DNA of 63,920 nucleotides, counting the filler, from Dimorphilus gyrociliatus (taxonomy: Eukaryota > Animalia > Annelida), in NCBI GenBank assembly GCA_904063045.1. It is 5 parts of 5 records of this genome, joined end to end, with 100 filler letters (N's around TTAATTAATTAA, not from the genome) between each part and the next. Parts side by side here need not be neighbours in the genome. Positions count along the whole stretch, not along the records: positions 45,306 to 58,346 come from CAJFCJ010000040.1; positions 58,447 to 63,920 come from CAJFCJ010000327.1; 3 more parts are not named here. The stretch is one strand, 5' to 3'. The notes beneath the pieces are model-generated. The model did no database searches and was not told the DNA's origin. It saw only the letters and a program-made list of their open reading frames with translations. The translations under genes and the position numbers were made by a program. Shown one piece after another: positions 57,955-63,920 of this stretch. Within the stretch, counting starts at the first letter, position 1; each line of letters begins with the position of its first letter.

Positions 57955-58346
57955 TTTAACTGAAATAGAGGGAGAATTCTCCTTTTGATCTTTCCATGAA
58001 TTAGCTCTTCAAATGTTACTTTCCTTGGGGGTGTATATTCTTCTAATCTTGTTAATGCATCTGCTCTATTTTTTCGTCCTGTCACATAGTTAATTGTAAA
58101 TTTTAAATCCATTAAAGCCATGACCCATTTTGCTGTGCTGACATTCAATTTGTTTTGCTTAAATGTTTGTACTAGACTCTGATGGTCAGTATATAAAAAG
58201 AATGGCTTGTCTTGAAGGTAATGTAAAAATTTCTTTACAACCCAGTAAACCCCAAATGCTTCCTTTTGATAGGCTGCATATTTCATTTGATTATTGTTGA
58301 ATTGTTTTGAAGCGTAGGCAATGGGTTTCATTGTTTTCTTCCCATT
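57924..58346 (-). CDS. RNase H C-terminal half, copy C
   Basis: PIAYAS...YTDHQSL...YVTGRKNRADALTR. Confidence 0.9.
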   Translation of the reverse strand, partial: NGKKTMKPIAYASKQFNNNQMKYAAYQKEAFGVYWVVKKFLHYLQDKPFFLYTDHQSLVQTFKQNKLNVSTAKWVMALMDLKFTINYVTGRKNRADALTRLEEYTPPRKVTFEELIHGKIKRRILPLFQLKWNSMNIHQS

Positions 58347-58446
58347 NNNNNNNNNNNNNNNNNNNNNNNNNNNNNNNNNNNNNNNNNNNNTTAATTAATT
58401 AANNNNNNNNNNNNNNNNNNNNNNNNNNNNNNNNNNNNNNNNNNNN
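58347..58446. other. Artificial contig spacer 4
   Basis: 44 N + TTAATTAATTAA + 44 N. Confidence 0.98.
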
Positions 58447-58729
58447 AAATTAACTAATAGAGTTGACTTTAGAGATCTATTAACGGTGTTAATTGAAGAT
58501 ACTAATAATATAAATAATATTGATATGCTAGAATAAAATATCAAGTTGTATTAAAAAACTTAAACAGCATAATAGAAGATATATAGAATTAAACTAGTTT
58601 TTGTAGTTTATATTTCGATAAATTCAATTCAGATGACTTTAAATATAGAAAAAGTTTAAATTTTTAAATGAAATTGAATATTTTGGTTTTTTTTGAAACA
58701 CTTTTAAGGTTTAGTAGAAGTAGAATGTA

Positions 58730-59860
58730 TATTAGAAAAGATACTAAATAAATAAATTTAATATTTATATTAGAAAAAAGTTTAAATTAAAAGAAATGAA
58801 TAGAATTCATTTAATAAAAAAACTTTTTATATTCGTTTATTAATTTAATGTTTTTATTGTTTTTTTATCATATAAAACATATTCAGTGATAATATTATTT
58901 ACTTCTTTTAATATCTTTTATTTATATTTTTATTATTAAATAATTTATACCATTCAGTTATAAAAATACTAATAAATTTATTATTGTTAGGGTTTATTTG
59001 AAAAATACAATATTCATAGTTAGGTTTAATTAAATTTTTAATTAATTTTTTCAATTATTTTTTTAACCTAAGATATTTTATAAACACCTCAATATTAGTA
59101 TATATGTATACATTACTATCAAAGAGATATTTACTTGTGTTTTAAAATATATTATTGTGTATATTTTTGTATGATAATATCAATCATTACAAGGATACCT
59201 CCCTCCAAAAAGATATCTATTTAATAAAAAGGTTAACATAATTAAAATGTACAAATGATACTTTTAAATATCATTATACCAGTTTATATACTTTATTTCA
59301 GTATATAGCTAAGAAAGCCTATGATTCAAACTTCACATATACTATTTAAGCTCAATTCCATTATGAAAGTATATTTTTAAATATTGATTATTATATCTTC
59401 TGATTAAAAAACTGCTGTTCACCTTTTTTTTAAGATAATAAACTCTAAACTACTATAGTTCTACTATAAATAAAAGAATTCTGTATATTACTGCTGTGCT
59501 TTTTATTATAATTTTCTCTTATCTTATATAAATAAATAGAAAAGAATTATTTTTCAAATTTGATAAAAAATCAAAAATTACTGATCTTCGTTAAAATTTA
59601 ATTTCACAACAAAAAAAATATTTAATGCAAACGTTTTTTACTATTTTTAGAAGTTTTTGAAACCTATACTTTTAAGACCAAAATAACAATTCTTAGCATA
59701 TGAGAAGATTATTTTTAAGATTATGATTGATTAAAATTTCAGGTGAAATTGAAAGAAAAAACTTTTTGTTTATGTCTTCATTATAAGTGTTTTTGTTATA
59801 TAAAGTTATACCTGATATTAAGTTTTTATGCTACTTAGAAATTAACAAAAAAATATACAA
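58730..59860. repeat. Diverged unit of about 1.1 kb, repeated at about 61640-62720 and partly at about 63495-63800
   Basis: Shared colinear blocks, e.g. ...aatatttaatgcaaacgttttt(t)actatttttagaagtttttgaaacctatacttttaagac at about 59615, 62450 and 63550. Confidence 0.8.
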
Positions 59861-60211
59861 AGTTTTTGGTTTTCTCTCCTAGAAACCTACTCAATAATAC
59901 TAGAGTAAAGGATAATAATAATGACTAAAGTATGTATTTAAATATAAAAGGCAGACCAAGATCTTTAAAAGACTTGTTTTTGGTTTTAAATATATATTGT
60001 TTTTTCGGTTAGCAATTTTTTATAAAGAATAGAATTTTTTTTTATATAAGTTTTTATTAAATAATAATTATGACCTCTCATAAAATTTTAATTACAATCT
60101 TATAAATGTTATAATTTAAATATAGAAAAATATTTAACAAAAAGAAATATATTCTATTCTTTTTTGAAAATAAAAAACTAATTTATAAAAATATCTGAAA
60201 ATTTATTATTT

Positions 60212-60810
60212 AATTTTAATTTTTTTATAAAATTATTAACCCCTCTTTTTACGTTTGTGAAGGAAAACTAATTTTAAAAAATGAACCCCTCTTTTTACGT
60301 TTGTGAAAGAAAATCAATTTTAAAAAATGAACCCCTCTTTTTTGTAATTTCAAAAAAATATCTAAAAAACATAGTTTTTTCTTTGTTTTAATTTTTTTTA
60401 TAAAATTATTTACCCCTCTTTTTACGTTCGTAAAGGAAAACCAATTTTTAAAAATGAACCCCTCTTTTTTGTAATTTCAAAAAAATATCTAAAAAAAAAT
60501 TATTTAATTTTAATTTTTTTATAAAATTATTTACCCCTCTTTTTACGTTCGTAAAGGAAAACCAATTTTAAAACATGAACCCCTATTTTTTTCAATTTCA
60601 AAAAAATGGATAGTTTTTTCTTTGTTTTAATTTTTTTTATAAAATTATTTACCCCTCTTTTTACGTTCGTAAAGGAAAACTAATTTTAAAAAATGAACCC
60701 CTCTTTTTTGTAATTTCAAAAAAATATCTAAAAAAACTTTAATTTTAATTTTTTTATAAAATTATTTACCCCTCTTTTTACGTTTGTGAAAGAAAATCAA
60801 TTTTAAAAAC
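60212..60810. repeat. Tandem array of about 120-bp units with paired ACCCCTCTTTTT motifs
   Basis: About ten CCCCT motifs alternating ...ACGTT(C/T)G and ...GTAATTTC. Confidence 0.85.
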
Positions 60811-62899
60811 TTCTAGGTTTGTTGTATTATCAAAAACCTAAACAAGAAAATTAGCTAGTGCATAAAAATTTAATAATACTCTTTTGTTTGATAAAAAAAC
60901 CTAACTACACAATTTATATGTAATATCTATGACTAACGAATAAATCCAAACGAATCACTTATTCATAAAGTTTTTTTTGTTCAATTGTTAAAAATTATCT
61001 TATTTTCTAATTTTCACGTAATATTAAATAGTAGTACTATTAATTCATTATAAAACATTAACAAATATTTGTATTTTATTTTTATAAAAACTAAATAATA
61101 ATAAAATAAATGCTATTTTTTTGGTTTTTAATAATTTTTAAAGAACTACCCCTAAGCTATTAAAACAAAACTAAACTTTTAAGATCATTAAATAATTATA
61201 ATAATATATAAAGGAATCAAATTAATCTATAAAATAATTTAAACACTACAACTAAGATAATAAAATGATAATTAAAAACATTTAAAAAGAAATTGATTAT
61301 AACTAAAACAACATATATATATGATAATTAAAAAAAAAATTAAAAGAAGCTAATATATATCTAAGCTTAAAAGGTTTTTTTTTGATAAATTATAAAAAGT
61401 TTGGTTTTTTATAGAAACAGTTGTAAATTAACAAAATTGAATATTTCAATATTTTAGTTTAGTTATAAATTTAATGAATAATATTTCTTTCAATTTAATT
61501 CATAAACTAAATATTTAAACCGATTAAGTTGTACAATTAATTAAAGTTTGGTTTAAGTTTTATATATATTATTAAAAGTTCAAAAGTAAAAGGTTAAATA
61601 AATAAAAATTAGATTATTTAAAAAGTTTCAAATTGTTTAAAAAAGAATTTTAATTTATTAATTTGTAATTTAAAAAAAATAATTTAATATTTATTTTAAA
61701 TTATTTTATATTAAAACCTATGAATAGAAAAGCTCAATAAAAGAATGTTTTATATTATATATATATGTTTTTTTAATCATTTATTAATTTAATTAATTTT
61801 TTATCAAATAAAATATATTCTGTAATAATATTATTCACTTCTTTTAATATTTTTATTGTTTAATCATTTATAGTTAGGTTATAATAATATTAATAAATTT
61901 ATTAATGTTAAATCTTTAGGGTTGTTTTTCTAGTAGAAGATACTTTATGAACACCTAAATATATTTATTAATAAGTTAATATATGAAATGTGTTATTCTG
62001 TATATTTCTATATGATAATATACATCTTTGAAAAGAAACCTCTCTCCAAAAAGGTATCTATTTAATCAAAAAGTCTAACATAATTAAAGCTTATAAATGG
62101 TACTTTTAAATATTATTATACCAATTTATTTATTATATTTTTGTATCTAGCTAAGAAAGTGCCCGATTCTAACTCTTATTACATATTTTGTGGTTATCCA
62201 TACAAGTTCTTTAAGTCAAACTCTATTATAAGATTATATTTTTAAATATATATTTATTATATCTCCTGATTAACTATATGTCAGTCACCTAACTACACTC
62301 TAAACTACTGTAGTTTTACAATAAAAACAAATGCTGTATAATAATCTTCTCTTATCTTATATAAATAAATAGAAAAGAGTTATTTTTTCAAATTTGATGA
62401 AAAATCAAAATTTATTGATCTTTGTTAAAATTCAATTTCACAAAAAAAAAATATTTAATGCAAACGTTTTTTACTATTTTTAGAAGTTTTTGAAACCTAT
62501 ACTTTTAAGACTAAAATAAGAGTTTTTAGAGTATGAGAAGAATGTTTTTAATACTATGATTTATTAAAATTTCAGGTGAAATTAAAAAAAAACACTTTTG
62601 TTTAAATATTAAATATAAGTATTTTTGTTATATAAATCCTAATTTAATATAATCCATTTTGATTATTTTTCAAAAAAAATTATTTCAAAAGTGATATTTT
62701 ATACTTTCCAACTGAAAATTCTACTAATAAAATGTAGTAGTGCAAGTCCAATTTGTACTTTTTAACTCTTTACAACCTAAAGCACAAATATTTTTATCGT
62801 TGGTTTTTTGGTTCGGTTTTAAATTTTAGTAATAAATATGATGATATATATTAATATAGAATAGAAATCTGGAAAGGTTTATAACCAACCGAAAGTTGT

Positions 62900-63090
62900 A
62901 ATTATCTAGAAAAACGGAAAAATTGTAATTATTTTTGAAAAACGGAAAAACGGAACAAGTTGTAGTAATTAAATAGAAAAACGGAAAACCTAAATAATAA
63001 TTATTATTATTTTAGAAAAACTGAAGTAAAAAATTGTAATTATTTTAGAAAAACGGAAAACCTAAATAATAATAATTATATAGAAAAATA
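62900..63090. repeat. Short (G)AAAAACGGAAAA repeat cluster
   Basis: Motif repeated several times. Confidence 0.65.
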
Positions 63091-63920
63091 GAAGTAAAAG
63101 GTATATATATTTAACTAATTTAATATGATGTTAAGGTTTACGTTTTATTCTTCCTTATAACCTAAGTCATTCTTAGCAGCAATGTAAGAAAGACCAGGTT
63201 AGAGCACATAAATCACAAATAAATTTATTATTATCTATATTAAGTTTGCTAGAACTACAAAAACCTCCTTATTATTATTATAATACCCTTTCTGTAACCT
63301 CTCTAAAAATAAATTAATCAATAATCAGTACGAATAGGTCGATATAATCCATCCAATGACAAATTGACAAAAAAACTTTTGTATTAATAATCAGTAATTA
63401 GATATAATATATAATGTTATAAACAAAAAACTGAATTTTACTATTAATGGATTATTCCCTGGTAAATAAAAAACATTAAATGTTTTTCCTCATTTGAACA
63501 AAAATCAAAATTTACTGATCTTCAATAAAATTCAATTTTACAACAAAAAAATATTTAATGCAAACGTTTTTTACTATTTTTAGAAGTTTTTGAAACCTAT
63601 ACTTTTAAGACTAAAATAACAATTTTTAGAGTATGAGGAGAATATTTTTAATACTATAATTGATTAAAATTTCAGGTGAAATTAAAAAAAAACACTTTTG
63701 TTTATGTCTTAAATATAAGTGTTTTTGTTATATAAACTCTTACCTAATATAGGTTATTTTATGATTATTTTTCAAAACTTTTAATTAAAAAGTGATATTT
63801 TATAGTTTACACCAAAAAAATAACGTCCTTTAATAATATTCTATACAGATCTTTATTAGTTATTTATTTATTTATTTCAAGAGAAAGAGATAAAATAGAC
63901 TTTGTAATTTATAAAAAATC

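Larger units (their letters stand above)
52461..58346 (-). mobile_element. Ty3/Gypsy element copy C: RH-INT-PR-linker-Env-3'LTR, 5'-truncated by the contig end
   Basis: Near-identical to copy B over the shared span. Confidence 0.94.

Noticed and set aside
59150-59560. Alternative genetic code (TAA/TAG = Gln) hiding ORFs in contig 5
   Set aside because: Some stops are shared between the duplicates, but TGA stops and frameshifting indels also occur and substitutions are not third-position biased.

Overview
This window is not one locus. It is five unrelated contigs joined by artificial 100-bp spacers (44 N + TTAATTAATTAA + 44 N), and at least two organisms appear to be present. Contigs 1 (1-23215), 2 (23316-33040) and 4 (45306-58346) are AT-rich animal DNA with very short GT-AG introns (50-90 bp) and shared transposons. 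They carry a class A GPCR, a spliced secreted beta-lactamase-family hydrolase, a CBM14x2-TSP1-gC1qx3 protein, a fucosyltransferase-like gene, CUB, PAN-like, ARM-TIR and LRR genes, a BEL/Pao element and MULE-type elements. Contig 3 (33141-45205) looks microsporidian: intronless genes, CCC motifs before ATG, an EnP1-like spore protein, bacterial-type AsnA, an intact IR-DR Tc1 element and a Merlin relic. Contig 5 (58447-63920) is ORF-free, extremely AT-rich repeat DNA. The main highlight is a young Ty3/Gypsy element present in several near-identical copies. Its domain order is RT-RH-INT-aspartic protease-acidic linker-class III (gB/chuvirus/rhabdovirus-G type) envelope. The lesions in the two copies are complementary single-base losses, so the RH-to-Env region is probably one continuous polyprotein. 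One copy is inserted in reverse orientation inside the gag of another copy. All family assignments come from motif recognition by eye; no database searches were run.
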